The position numbers and the translations under genes are program-made. This document shows, in pieces, positions 10,385 to 20,333 of a DNA stretch of 64,000 nt (the stretch's first letter is position 1; every line of letters begins with the position of its first letter). The DNA comes from an uncultured Clostridia bacterium. GTDB taxonomy: Bacteria; Bacillota; Clostridia; Lachnospirales; Anaerotignaceae. The notes under the pieces were generated by a model. That model did no database searches. It was not told the origin of the DNA and saw only the letters and a program-made list of their open reading frames with translations. Location of the stretch: assembly GCA_910587195.1 (NCBI GenBank), contig CAJUKL010000008.1:193-64192 (forward strand), given 5' to 3'.

Positions 10385-11611
10385 TTATCCTTCCATTCCC
10401 ATTTCAGAAATTTGTAATTTAATAAACTGTCTTGCAGTTCTAGGAGAGCGTCCTCCTCTTGTAAGAGCAAAGCGTTCTGCAAGCATATGTAGTTCTTTTT
10501 GCTCTAAATCAATACCATATTCTTCTGCAAGACTATCTACAATATCAAGATATTCTTCTTTGTCTGGTACAGAAAATGTAATTTCTAATCCAAATCTGTC
10601 AGAAAGAGAGGCAACCGTTTCCATGGTATCCCGTAAATGAATTTCATTATCTGTCATGCGTTCTGACATGGTTTCTCTTACTAAATGACGACGGTTTGAA
10701 GTAGCATAAATTAAAATATTTTCTGGTTTTCCTGCAACACCACCCTCAATAAATGCCTTTAAAGCGGTAAAAGTTTCATCTTCCTGTCGGAAGGTTAAAT
10801 CATCTAAAAAAAGAATAAATTTAAAAGGACTTGCACCAGCAGCTTCACAGATTTTAGGAAAATATTTTAATTGTGCCATAGAAAGGTCTATAATCTTTAG
10901 TCCTTCTTTTGCATATTCATTGACAACTGCTTTTACAGTAGAGGATTTTCCAGTACCCTTATCTCCATATAGTAAAATATGGTTTGCTAATTTTCCTTGT
11001 AAAAAGGAAAGGGTATTGGATAATATGGCTCTTTTTTGTCTTTCATACCCTTTTAAATCGGAAAGGCGAATACTATCTGCTTGAGGCAAAAGGATAATTT
11101 CTCCTTTTTCTACTGTAAAAGCAGTTCCTCTTGCAAAATAGCCATATCCTTTTTGCTGATACAGTTTATAAAGAGAATAAGCATCTTTTACAGGAAGTTG
11201 TGCAGAGTTTGGAAAACGTGGTAATGTATGTAAAAATGCGCTTTCTTTTGGGAAGGTTTTCACAGCTTCTTCAATTAAAATATCACCTGTAATAGAGGAA
11301 ACTGTTTCCAATACCTGCATATCAAAAGATACAGAAGTTTTAATGTGTTCTGGAATTTCTTCAAAAGTTTTTTTACAGCTTAAATAAGCAAAAATATTGT
11401 TATCATATACCAATTCTTCATAAAACAAGTGTGATAAATCTTTGTGTTCAAAGATATAACCACAAAGTGCTCCATAAGCCCGGCAAAAATCTTGTGCTGT
11501 TTTGGAATAACTTTCCATAACTTGATACGTTAATTGAAATATGGGGGCTTCTGCAATATGGCGCAAAGTAGTCAGTGAGCAGGAAGCAAGTAAAAAATGT
11601 TTGATTTCCAT
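10385..11611 (-). CDS. DUF815-family AAA+ ATPase
   Basis: GDKGTGKSS, FLDDL, YATSNRRHLV, SLSDRFG, GGRSPRTARQF; start moved to the RBS-preceded ATG at 11611. Confidence 0.85.
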   Translation of the reverse strand: MEIKHFLLASCSLTTLRHIAEAPIFQLTYQVMESYSKTAQDFCRAYGALCGYIFEHKDLSHLFYEELVYDNNIFAYLSCKKTFEEIPEHIKTSVSFDMQVLETVSSITGDILIEEAVKTFPKESAFLHTLPRFPNSAQLPVKDAYSLYKLYQQKGYGYFARGTAFTVEKGEIILLPQADSIRLSDLKGYERQKRAILSNTLSFLQGKLANHILLYGDKGTGKSSTVKAVVNEYAKEGLKIIDLSMAQLKYFPKICEAAGASPFKFILFLDDLTFRQEDETFTALKAFIEGGVAGKPENILIYATSNRRHLVRETMSERMTDNEIHLRDTMETVASLSDRFGLEITFSVPDKEEYLDIVDSLAEEYGIDLEQKELHMLAERFALTRGGRSPRTARQFIKLQISEMGMEG

Positions 11612-11627
11612 AATATCCCTCTTTCTG

Positions 11628-12632
11628 TTAAATACTGTTTTCTTGATTTTTTTGTCTAATGTCGTTTCCAAAAAATTTTAATATAATATAATTTCCCACA
11701 ATACGGGAAACAAGCCTATCAGAATATTGGTCAATTAGCTTGTCTGGTGCAAGATTTGTTGAAATTACAATTTGTTTTTTTGTTAACATTCTAGTATTGA
11801 TAATATGAAATAGTTTTGCGCTGGAAAGTATGGTACTAAATTCTGTTCCTAAATCATCTATAATCAATAAATCTACTGTAAGCAAGTCTTCCATAATATC
11901 TTCTTTTTCTTCTGGATTTTCATTATTAAATTGTTGTTTTTCAATGGTATCAAAAAGTTGCCCTGCTGTCATATATAACACCGTTTTTCCTTTGTCCAAT
12001 AATTCTTTTGCAATGCCATTACACAAAAAGGTTTTTCCTAATCCTGTACCACCATATAAAAATAAGTTTTTAAAGGTAGTATCAAAATTATCACAAAAAT
12101 TTTGGCAAGTATTAAAAATTTTTTGCATATTTTCATAAGGTGACCAGCCTTCTTGTTTATTTTCTTTTTTGTCATATTTTTTTAAATTAAAAGTATCAAG
12201 GTTTTCATATTTTACAATTTCTTTAATATTTGACTGGTCATATGCAAAATCAATTAATTTTTGCTTCATACAATGACAGGGAACGCTATCAATATAACCT
12301 GTATCTTTGCAGTCACTGCAACAATAGTTTATTTGAAGCGCATTTTCAGAAAAGCCTAACTCATCAAGAAGATTAATTTTTTCCTGTTTTAAAATAGCAA
12401 TTTCTTTTTGTAATTGTTTTAAAAGCAGTTGGCTATCTGCTGGTTTTTGTAATACCATACGAGCAATTCGAATACTTGTTAAAGAAATTTCTTTTTCGAT
12501 TTCTTCAATACGAGGACAAATATGATAAATTTCATTTCTTCTTTTGGTTAATTCATGTTCTTTTTGCATGCGGATTTCTTCATATTCTCGTAAAACGGTT
12601 TGATATAATTTTGATTTTTTAGACATTTCCAT
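11628..12632 (-). CDS. dnaC: DnaC/DnaI-like helicase-loader ATPase
   Basis: Zn motif C..C.DTG…C.C, GGTGLGKT, LLIIDDLGTE, STNL. Confidence 0.8.
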   Translation of the reverse strand: MEMSKKSKLYQTVLREYEEIRMQKEHELTKRRNEIYHICPRIEEIEKEISLTSIRIARMVLQKPADSQLLLKQLQKEIAILKQEKINLLDELGFSENALQINYCCSDCKDTGYIDSVPCHCMKQKLIDFAYDQSNIKEIVKYENLDTFNLKKYDKKENKQEGWSPYENMQKIFNTCQNFCDNFDTTFKNLFLYGGTGLGKTFLCNGIAKELLDKGKTVLYMTAGQLFDTIEKQQFNNENPEEKEDIMEDLLTVDLLIIDDLGTEFSTILSSAKLFHIINTRMLTKKQIVISTNLAPDKLIDQYSDRLVSRIVGNYIILKFFGNDIRQKNQENSI

Positions 12633-12641
12633 CCCTCCCTT

Positions 12642-13679
12642 TTAGCTTTTTTTCAAGCGTTCTCTAGCAAGTCTTTCTAGTTCATCAAAATCCCATTGAC
12701 GTTGTTCGTAATTGACAAAACGATTTTGCTTTACAGCAGTATTTTTATAAACTTTTTGTTGTGTTTTAGGTGCTGCTTTTTTGTTTTCTTTAGAAGCCTG
12801 GAAATCTTTATCCGCAATTTCGACTTCTTCTAATGTTTTAATTTTTTTGCTATGCCAATCCTCTACAATGGATTCAATATATGTGAAATCAGGTTTTCCT
12901 ATTTTTAAAATTGTTTTTTCGCAGGCTTTTACAATCATTTCTACAGAAAAACGATATTCTAAAGTCCATTTTTTAATATATTTTTCCTGTGCAGGTAACA
13001 AATTACCTCGCCCTAATGCCCGCATAATTTGCTTATAACCACTTTGATGTAGCTTAATATATTCTGAAGCACGTTCTGGTGTGTTAATTCCGTCATTTGC
13101 CCAGCTAATTGCTATTTTTTCAATGTAACTTAAAGGATATGGTTTTTTACTTTTATTTGCACAATAGGAAAAAAGAAGTTCAATCACCTCCAAAGATAAT
13201 TGCAGCCATTCATTAAATCCTAATACGGTGGTCATATCCTCATATTTTAATGTTGTTCCTAAATAATGTTCTGCTAAAGAAAAAAGTCTTTTTGCAGTAG
13301 GACTATTGGTGCTAATTGCTATCATTTCTTCTGGTGTATATTGGGGAGGTGGATTATCTGTTTTATGGTATAGAGATTGTTGTTTTACCTGATTTTTTTT
13401 AGATTGAACTGGTAAAAAATGAATATTTCCATCTTCTAATATTTCCACTAACCCCTGTTTTTGCCAATATTTCCAGCTTCGTACAACATCACTTTCTAAA
13501 AGGTCAAGTGCTTCTGCAATGGATTGATTGCTTAAAGAAGCATCACCATTTGAAACGTGACAATACGCATATAAATAAACCAAAACATAAGGTGGGTGTG
13601 CTTTGGACATATACTCATCTATAAAAATATTTGAAATTTGTGTTGTTTGAGATGCTGTAGGTTCTATTGAAAAAGCCAT
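12642..13679 (-). CDS. dnaD: DnaD-domain replication protein
   Basis: ISNIFIDEYM N-terminus and two DnaD-like repeats (YIEKIAISW, YIESIVEDW); start at the ATG after GGAG. Confidence 0.8.
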   Translation of the reverse strand: MAFSIEPTASQTTQISNIFIDEYMSKAHPPYVLVYLYAYCHVSNGDASLSNQSIAEALDLLESDVVRSWKYWQKQGLVEILEDGNIHFLPVQSKKNQVKQQSLYHKTDNPPPQYTPEEMIAISTNSPTAKRLFSLAEHYLGTTLKYEDMTTVLGFNEWLQLSLEVIELLFSYCANKSKKPYPLSYIEKIAISWANDGINTPERASEYIKLHQSGYKQIMRALGRGNLLPAQEKYIKKWTLEYRFSVEMIVKACEKTILKIGKPDFTYIESIVEDWHSKKIKTLEEVEIADKDFQASKENKKAAPKTQQKVYKNTAVKQNRFVNYEQRQWDFDELERLARERLKKS

Positions 13680-13771
13680 TGTTCTATGCTCCATTCTTGT
13701 GTTCTGACAATTATTGATATGGTAGTATATCACATTTTTTTTAAAATTAAAAGATGTTTTAAAAAGGTCAG

Positions 13772-13801
13772 GCACATACCATAATCTTCCATCGTATATT
13801 G
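13772..13801 (+). promoter_or_regulatory. Putative sigmaK-like promoter of feoA-feoB
   Basis: ACA (13774-76), 16 nt, then CGTATATTG (13793-801); one mismatch to the CATA -10 core. Confidence 0.4.
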
Positions 13802-13831
13802 GAAACAGCAGGAAGTAGAAAGAGGGAAATT

Positions 13832-14080
13832 ATGAAAACATTACAGAATAGTATCAATACAATACCATATTGTATTGTAGAAATTAAAGCAGAAGAAAAA
13901 CAAAAATTACGACTTTATGATATGGGCTTTTATGCGGGAAGTGTTGTAACACCACTTTATGAATGTTGGGGAGGAGGTACCAAAGTCTATGAAGTCAAAC
14001 AAACTTTAATTGCATTAAGGCAACAGGACGCAAAAAATATATGGGTAAGGGAGATGAGAGAAGATGTCCCAAAAAAATAA
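13832..14080 (+). CDS. feoA: Ferrous iron transport protein FeoA
   Basis: LRLYDMGF..GS, IALR..DA; ATG at 13832 after GAGGG; overlaps the feoB start. Confidence 0.85.
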   Translation: MKTLQNSINTIPYCIVEIKAEEKQKLRLYDMGFYAGSVVTPLYECWGGGTKVYEVKQTLIALRQQDAKNIWVREMREDVPKK

Positions 14081-15409
14081 AGAAGTTATCATTGGTTTAG
14101 CTGGAAATCCCAATACAGGAAAAAGTACCGTATTTAACCATTTAACAGGCTTAAAACAGCATACTGGTAATTGGTCTGGCAAAACGGTAACAAATGCAAA
14201 AGGCAGTTTTTTTTTAGAGGGAATGCATTGTATTGTTTATGATTTACCGGGCATTTATTCTCTTTTTTCTGATAGTGCAGAAGAATGTTGTGCAAAGGAA
14301 TTTATTTGTTCTGCCAAAACAGATATTATGCTTGTTGTATTAGATGCCACCTCATTAGAACGAAATTTAACATTAGTGCTACACATATTAGAATTAACAG
14401 AGCGTGTGGTGCTTTGTGTCAATTTGATGGATGAGGCAGAAAAAAAGGGGATTACTGTAAATAGTAAAAAATTATCGGAAATATTAGGGATTCCTGTGAT
14501 TTGTACAAGTGCAAGAGCCGGAAAGGGAATTGAACAACTTAAAAAAACGATTGTAGATGCTGTAAATGGCAAAATTTCATTTTCTCCAAACAAAACCATA
14601 TTTTCAGAACAAATAGAACATATATGGAATGATTTTTTAAACCAAACAAAGCATTTAATACCAAAGGGAATTGTACCAAAATATTTTGCTATGGAAGTAT
14701 TAGAAGGAGATAGTTGGTTTTTAACAATGCTTTGTAGTAAATTAGACACCATGGAAATGCAAGAACTATTAGCAAGGCAGGAAATGGAGCAAAAACTTTT
14801 AGACTATTCTAAAGAAAAATTAAAAGAAGAAAAGAGTATTACTTTTTTAAAAAGAAGTCAAGAGATTGCAAAAGAAGTGGTAACAGAAAAAACGGAAGAA
14901 GCAAAAAAAAGAGAACGTTTTTTAGATAACATTTTTCTTTCTAAAAAAACGGGTATTCCTGTTATGTTGGCTTTATTAGGGCTTATTTTTTGGATTACGA
15001 TTGCAGGGGCAAATGTACCTTCTAATCTATTAATGGAATTATTTTGGAATGTAGGAGAAAAATTAGGAATCTTTTTAAAATGGTGTGCTGTTCCAGACTG
15101 GTTTTATGGCATTGTAAAAGATGGCATTTTTTTAACAGTAAGTTGGGTAGTTGCAGTCATGTTGCCGCCTATGGCAATTTTTTTCCCCTTATTTACTCTG
15201 TTAGAAGATTTTGGGCTTTTACCAAGAATTGCCTTTCATATGGATGGATTCTTTCAAAAAGCCCATGCACATGGCAAACAAGCCTTAACTATGTGCATGG
15301 GCTTTGGATGTAATTCTGCTGGTGTGACAGCCTGCCGCATTATTGATTCTCCTAGAGAACGATTGATTGCAATACTAACTAATAATTTTGTGCCATGCAA
15401 TGGCAGATT
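14064..15409 (+). CDS. feoB: FeoB 5' part (GTPase domain and first membrane segment), interrupted by the element; the unrearranged ORF runs on to 15428
   Basis: GNPNTGKS, HTGNWSGKTV, DLPG, NLMD, LEDxGxLPR, GFGCN, FVPCNGR; homology stops after PCNGR. Confidence 0.92.
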
Positions 15410-15435
15410 AGCACCACCATTGTTATAGAAACTTT
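15408..15435. other. attL: TT core plus element arm AGCACCACCATTGTTATAGAAACTTT
   Basis: 22/26 match to the reverse complement of 20869-20894. Confidence 0.85.
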
Positions 15436-15548
15436 TGCCTTTTTTGAAGCATAAAATAATATAGTTTGTCACAACGTTGCAAAAATTCCGCCTGCTGTTT
15501 TGGCGTTAACGGAATGATTTTAATATTTTGTGCTTTATTTTTAGACAT
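15423..15548 (-). CDS. 41-aa basic small protein, candidate recombination directionality factor
   Basis: AAGGAG RBS then ATG at 15548; MSKNKAQNIKIIPLTPKQQAEFLQRCDKLYYFMLQKRQKFL; stop lies within the attL arm. Confidence 0.55.
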   Translation of the reverse strand: MSKNKAQNIKIIPLTPKQQAEFLQRCDKLYYFMLQKRQKFL

Positions 15549-15570
15549 AAAAACTCCTTTTTTTATTATC

Positions 15571-16218
15571 TTATGGTTCCATATGCTGAAATAGACTATC
15601 TGCTTTTTCTGGAAGTTCTTCAATACTGTTAATAAATGGAACTTCTGCATCTACAGTACCGAATCCATATTTTGCATATAAAAAAGGAATTCCTGCAACT
15701 TTGGTTGCGTTATAATCGCCTTGTGTATCCCCAATATAAAAACATTTTTGAATGGCATTTCTTTCTATAATTAATTTGATATTTTCTCCTTTTGGTTTTC
15801 CTGTTCTACCAGAGTTTTCATAATCTTTAAAATATTTTTCTAATTTGTGATACGCAAAAAATGCTTCTACATATCCCGCCTGGCAATTACTTACAATATA
15901 CAAATCATATTTTTGAGATAAAATTTGTAATGTTTTTTCCAGATTATCAAAGAGTTTTCCGCCATTTTTGGCAATTTCCACTTCCTCCTCTTTTCCACAT
16001 TCCTCCATAATAGAAAGCATTTTTTGTCGTTCTAAGTCTGGAAGAAGGGTGCTAAAAATTTCTTCTGATGTTTTACCCATAAAACTTTTAGCTACTTCTG
16101 CTGTTACTGTTTTCCCATTTAATTCCTTATATCTGTTAAAAACAGTATTCCAAGCATTTGCAACTGCTTGGCAGGAATCCCAAAGAGTACCATCTACATC
16201 AAAAATAATTGCATTCAT
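15571..16218 (-). CDS. HAD-superfamily hydrolase (phosphoglycolate-phosphatase-like), element cargo
   Basis: FDVDGTL, VSN, YIGDT..D; AGGAGG RBS before ATG 16218. Confidence 0.9.
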   Translation of the reverse strand: MNAIIFDVDGTLWDSCQAVANAWNTVFNRYKELNGKTVTAEVAKSFMGKTSEEIFSTLLPDLERQKMLSIMEECGKEEEVEIAKNGGKLFDNLEKTLQILSQKYDLYIVSNCQAGYVEAFFAYHKLEKYFKDYENSGRTGKPKGENIKLIIERNAIQKCFYIGDTQGDYNATKVAGIPFLYAKYGFGTVDAEVPFINSIEELPEKADSLFQHMEP

Positions 16219-16295
16219 GTTATACCTCCTCATTGTTTGTATCTATTTTTTATTTATAACTAAAAAAGTTGTTTTTGTGGACTCTGTCCACACCT

Positions 16296-16815
16296 GCAAG
16301 CTTTTTGAAAAAAGCTTGACTAAAAACTTTATCTTTTGCAAACGGAACAAATTCTAAATTTTAGCCGTTGGTACTCTGTTCTCGTTCCACTACAACAACT
16401 GTTTAACTTCCCGGTGTGGTAGCGAAACGCTAGTTTTATACAAAAGTTCTTTGCTATCTTTCTTGAAAGAAGGTATGTAATTTTTGGGGAAACTTTTTTC
16501 ACTTGTGAAAAGTTTCCCCAAACCCCTTCAAAAACACGCTTCCAAGCGTAAAAGACCGTAGGGCTTTGCCCTACAACCCACAAGCTTTTTGAAAAAAGCT
16601 TGACCAAAAACTTTATCTTTTGCAAACAGAATAGATTCTAAATTTTAGCCGTTGGTGCTCTGTTCTCGTTCCACTACAACAACTGTTTAACTTCCTGGTG
16701 CGGCAGCGAAACACTAGTTGTCTACACTTCGTTTCGGTCGGTGCAGAACAAACGTCCACCGGACGTTTTGCACCGCACAAAAGTTCTTTGCTACCTTTCT
16801 TTCAAGAAAGGTAGT
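16296..16815. repeat. Palindromic repeat cluster (two tandem units) inside the element
   Basis: Modules near-identical to those at 51850-51950 and 62760-62994. Confidence 0.85.
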
Positions 16816-16816
16816 T

Positions 16817-18013
16817 TTATCTTGAAACAAGTAATTTCTTAAGAGCCTCCTCCAAACCATCTACAGAAAGAGGATACATGGGAAAAAGGTCTGCAAGCAC
16901 ATCATACGTATGCGACCAATAGCTACTCCACTGCGGACGTTTTGCAGGATTAAGCCATATAATATGAGGATACCTTTGTTTAAAACGTTGGAACCATTCA
17001 ATCCCCGGCACACTGTCCCGTACCCCATAGCTATAATAACTGCCAGACAGCAATTCAGAAGGTTCCATCATGGCATCTCCAACAAGAATTACTTTATATT
17101 CGCTGCTAATGTTTTGTAGTATCCAGTTAGTATCTACAGCAAGTTTTGGACGCAAACTAGGTTCTGTGTAAACTTTGGAATAAATACTGTTGTGAAAATA
17201 ATATACTTTTAAATCTTTAAAATGTTTTGACTTGCTAACAGACTGAAATAATGCACTGCAAAGACGGCTGTAATATTCTACAGAACCACCAGAATCCATT
17301 AGCAAAAGCACTTTTACAGTGTTTCGTCTTGGTTTTTGATAAACAATTTTTAACTTTCCTGCATTGTTACAAGTTTCTTGTATGGTGTTGTCAATATCAA
17401 ATTCTGTTTTTGGTGCATCAATGCGTGTGGAAAATTGACGAAGCTGACGAAATGCCATTTGAAATTGTCTAGTATCTAAAGTATTGTCATTGCGAAAATC
17501 TCTGAAATTTCGTTCTCCAGCTACCTGAAAAGCGGTTTTGTAACGAGAAACACCACCAACACGAATTCCTTTTGGACTATATCCGCTGTTACCAAATACA
17601 GAAACACCGCCTGTTCCAACCCAATAACTGCCGCCGTTATGTTCCTCTTTTTGTTCTTCCAAACGCTCTAAAAACATTTTTTGTATTTCTTCTGTAGAAA
17701 GATATTCATTTTCCATAGCCCTGTCCATATCAAAAGTATCTTTGGGCTTGTCTTTGGGATTGGCTAACCAATCTAATAATTCTTTTGGTAACTCTTGTGT
17801 GAATTCTACATCTTTAAAATACTCCAAAAAAGCACCATCAAAACGGTCAAAGTCCGTTTCACTTTTGATAAGAATGGCACGGCAAAGGTAATAAAAACCG
17901 GTAAAACTGGCATGATGAAGACCTTTTTGTAATGCCTCCATTAAAGTCATCCACTCATTCAAAGAAACAGAAAGTCCTCGTTTTCTTAAAAGGTAAAAAA
18001 AGGAGCTAAACAT
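16817..18013 (-). CDS. VWA-domain (CoxE-like) protein, MoxR partner
   Basis: MIDAS-like DSGGS, YYFHN, VGDA.M.P.EL, WLNP; directly downstream of the MoxR ATPase. Confidence 0.85.
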   Translation of the reverse strand: MFSSFFYLLRKRGLSVSLNEWMTLMEALQKGLHHASFTGFYYLCRAILIKSETDFDRFDGAFLEYFKDVEFTQELPKELLDWLANPKDKPKDTFDMDRAMENEYLSTEEIQKMFLERLEEQKEEHNGGSYWVGTGGVSVFGNSGYSPKGIRVGGVSRYKTAFQVAGERNFRDFRNDNTLDTRQFQMAFRQLRQFSTRIDAPKTEFDIDNTIQETCNNAGKLKIVYQKPRRNTVKVLLLMDSGGSVEYYSRLCSALFQSVSKSKHFKDLKVYYFHNSIYSKVYTEPSLRPKLAVDTNWILQNISSEYKVILVGDAMMEPSELLSGSYYSYGVRDSVPGIEWFQRFKQRYPHIIWLNPAKRPQWSSYWSHTYDVLADLFPMYPLSVDGLEEALKKLLVSR

Positions 18014-18025
18014 ATTCCACACTCC

Positions 18026-18844
18026 TTACCCTTTATATTTTTCCAGTGTGTCTAAATCTTCATTTTTTTTGAGTAAAACGCCCGCAAAAGGAATTTCACT
18101 TCTGATTTTTTGTTCTGAGATACCACCCAATTGCAATGCTTGTATCCAGTCTAATACTTCTGAAGTGCTTGGCTTTTTTTGAATAGCAGAAAGTCCTCGA
18201 ATCCAGTAAAAGGCTTCCATAACTTGCTTTAATAAATGTGTATCTAAATCTGGAAAATGAACGTTTACAATTTCCTCCATCAGTTCTTGTGATGGAAAAG
18301 CAATATAATGGAAAATACATCTTCTTAAAAAAGCATCTGGCAATTCCTTTTCTGCATTAGAAGTAATAATTACAATAGGGCGATGTTTTGCATGGATAGT
18401 TTCTTTTGTTTCTGGAATATAAAACTCCATTTTATCTAATTCCCAAAGTAAATCGTTTGGAAATTCTAAATCTGCTTTGTCGATTTCGTCAATTAATAAT
18501 ATCACCTGTTCTTCTGAAGAAAAGGCTTCTCCTAATTTTCCCAGTTTGACATATTTTGCAATGTCATCAACACCTTGATTTCCAAATTGACTGTCATATA
18601 ATCTTTGGACTACATCATAAACATAAAGTCCATCTTGTGCTTTTGTGGTAGATTTAATATTCCATATAATTAATTTTTTGCCTAGTGCTTGTGAAATTGC
18701 TTCTGCTAACATTGTTTTACCAGTACCAGGTTCTCCTTTAATTAATAATGGTTTTTGTAAAGCCATGGCAATATTCACAGCTCCCATAAGTTCCTGAGAA
18801 GCTACATAATTTTGACTTCCATGAAATGTATTTTCAGAATACAT
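18026..18844 (-). CDS. MoxR-family AAA+ ATPase
   Basis: PLLIKGEPGTGKT, LIDEIDKAD, TSNAEKELPDAFLRRC; ATG 18844 after AAGGAG. Confidence 0.9.
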   Translation of the reverse strand: MYSENTFHGSQNYVASQELMGAVNIAMALQKPLLIKGEPGTGKTMLAEAISQALGKKLIIWNIKSTTKAQDGLYVYDVVQRLYDSQFGNQGVDDIAKYVKLGKLGEAFSSEEQVILLIDEIDKADLEFPNDLLWELDKMEFYIPETKETIHAKHRPIVIITSNAEKELPDAFLRRCIFHYIAFPSQELMEEIVNVHFPDLDTHLLKQVMEAFYWIRGLSAIQKKPSTSEVLDWIQALQLGGISEQKIRSEIPFAGVLLKKNEDLDTLEKYKG

Positions 18845-18914
18845 ATATGTTCTCCTTTCAAAAATAGATATAACCATTGTATTAGGAAGTCCTTTCTTTT
18901 GTCAACTAAAATTT

Positions 18915-18944
18915 GTATAGTTTTTAACGTTTTACGCATATATT
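18915..18944 (+). promoter_or_regulatory. Putative sigmaE-like promoter of the recombinase
   Basis: GTATA (ATA at 18917-19), 17 nt, then CATATATT (18937-44), 28 nt upstream of the ATG. Confidence 0.55.
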
Positions 18945-18972
18945 GAAAAAAATGATAGAAAAGAGGAAAAAC

Positions 18973-20268
18973 ATGGAATTTGCTATCTATAGTAGAAAAT
19001 CAAAACAAACTGGAAAAGGAGAATCTATACAAAATCAAATAGAATATTGTAGAAAATATATTGCAAGTCGTTTTGGAGAAAATCATAAGATACATATTTT
19101 TGCAGAAGAAGGATATTCTGCAAAAAATAGATGCCGCCCACAATTTCAATCTATGCTAACCATCGCAGAACAAAAAAAATTAGATTATATTGTATGCTAT
19201 CGTTTAGATAGAATTAGCAGAAATGTAGGAGATTTTGCTTTATTAATAGAACAGCTTGCAAAATGGGAAACCGCTTTTATTTGTGTGCAGGAACAATTTG
19301 ATACTTCCACTCCAACAGGAAGGGCCATGATGTATATGGCTTCTGTATTTGCACAACTGGAAAGAGAAACGATTGGAGAACGTGTCAAAGATAACATGTT
19401 TTATTTAGCAAAAAAAGGGTACTGGTTAGGTGGAACTTTCCCGCTTGGCTTTACATCCATAAGAGTATCCGAAAATGGTCATTCTTATTGTCATTTAGTG
19501 CAACAGGAAAAGGAAATCAAAATTGTTCAAAAAATTTATTTTCTTTTTTTAGAATATTATAATCTTTCTGCTGTCAAAAGAAAATTAGAAGAAGAAAAAA
19601 TTTATTCTCGGCAAGGAAATGCTTTTTCTTTAATGGCATTAAAAGAAATATTAACCAATCCTGTTTATTGTAAAGCAGACCAAAAAGCAAGAGAATATTT
19701 TTATAAAAAAGGGGCAGAAGTTACTTTTTCTGCAAAGCAATGCTCAAATAACTATGGTTTAATGGTATACAACAAAAGAAATTATAGCAAAAAAGCAGCA
19801 CCAAGGCAAAAAATAGAACACTGGATTGTAGCTTTAGGAAAACAAAAAGGTATTTTATCAGGAGAAGTATGGGTTAGTATACAAAATTATTTTGAAAGAA
19901 GTAAAAAAAAACAAAAAACAGAAAATAATTATGCTCTTTTATCTGGAATATTATATTGTGGAAGTTGTGGCGAAAAAATGCAGCCTAAAAAAAGAAAAAA
20001 TCATACCTTTGACTATATTTGTAAAAGCAAACTGCAAGGGAAAAACTGTGTCATGCAAAATTTAGCAGGAAAAGAAACAGATTCTCAAACAGAAAGCTAT
20101 TTATTAGACTATATAGAAAGTTTGGTAAAACAGCAAAATAAAAAAATAGGGCATTGTTCTTTTGGAGAACTATGGAAGGGTATGGAAATCAAGCAAAAGC
20201 AGGAAGCCATTCGCTTTTTAATCAAAAAAGGAGTCTGGAATGGAACGGAACTACAATATTTTTTATAA
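18973..20268 (+). CDS. Large serine recombinase (SpoIVCA-like), 431 aa
   Basis: AIYSRKS catalytic Ser, RP.FQ.ML, YRLDRISRN, FAQLERETIGER, recombinase domain (ILTNPVY), Zn ribbon CGSCG…YIC…C; AGAGGA RBS before ATG 18973. Confidence 0.95.
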   Translation: MEFAIYSRKSKQTGKGESIQNQIEYCRKYIASRFGENHKIHIFAEEGYSAKNRCRPQFQSMLTIAEQKKLDYIVCYRLDRISRNVGDFALLIEQLAKWETAFICVQEQFDTSTPTGRAMMYMASVFAQLERETIGERVKDNMFYLAKKGYWLGGTFPLGFTSIRVSENGHSYCHLVQQEKEIKIVQKIYFLFLEYYNLSAVKRKLEEEKIYSRQGNAFSLMALKEILTNPVYCKADQKAREYFYKKGAEVTFSAKQCSNNYGLMVYNKRNYSKKAAPRQKIEHWIVALGKQKGILSGEVWVSIQNYFERSKKKQKTENNYALLSGILYCGSCGEKMQPKKRKNHTFDYICKSKLQGKNCVMQNLAGKETDSQTESYLLDYIESLVKQQNKKIGHCSFGELWKGMEIKQKQEAIRFLIKKGVWNGTELQYFL

Positions 20269-20333
20269 GGATAAAAGTACCATAATAACACTTGATATGT
20301 TATAATAAAAAAAAGTTAGAGGAGGAATGAAAA

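Noticed and set aside
11628..13679. dnaD-dnaC pair as a phage replication module
   Set aside because: It lies outside the att-bounded element with no phage neighbours, and matches the usual clostridial chromosomal pair.
14064..15428. feoB as a simple truncated pseudogene plus a separate small membrane gene at 20910
   Set aside because: The two halves join in frame at a TT core flanked by inverted arms and neither shows decay; an intervening element explains this better.
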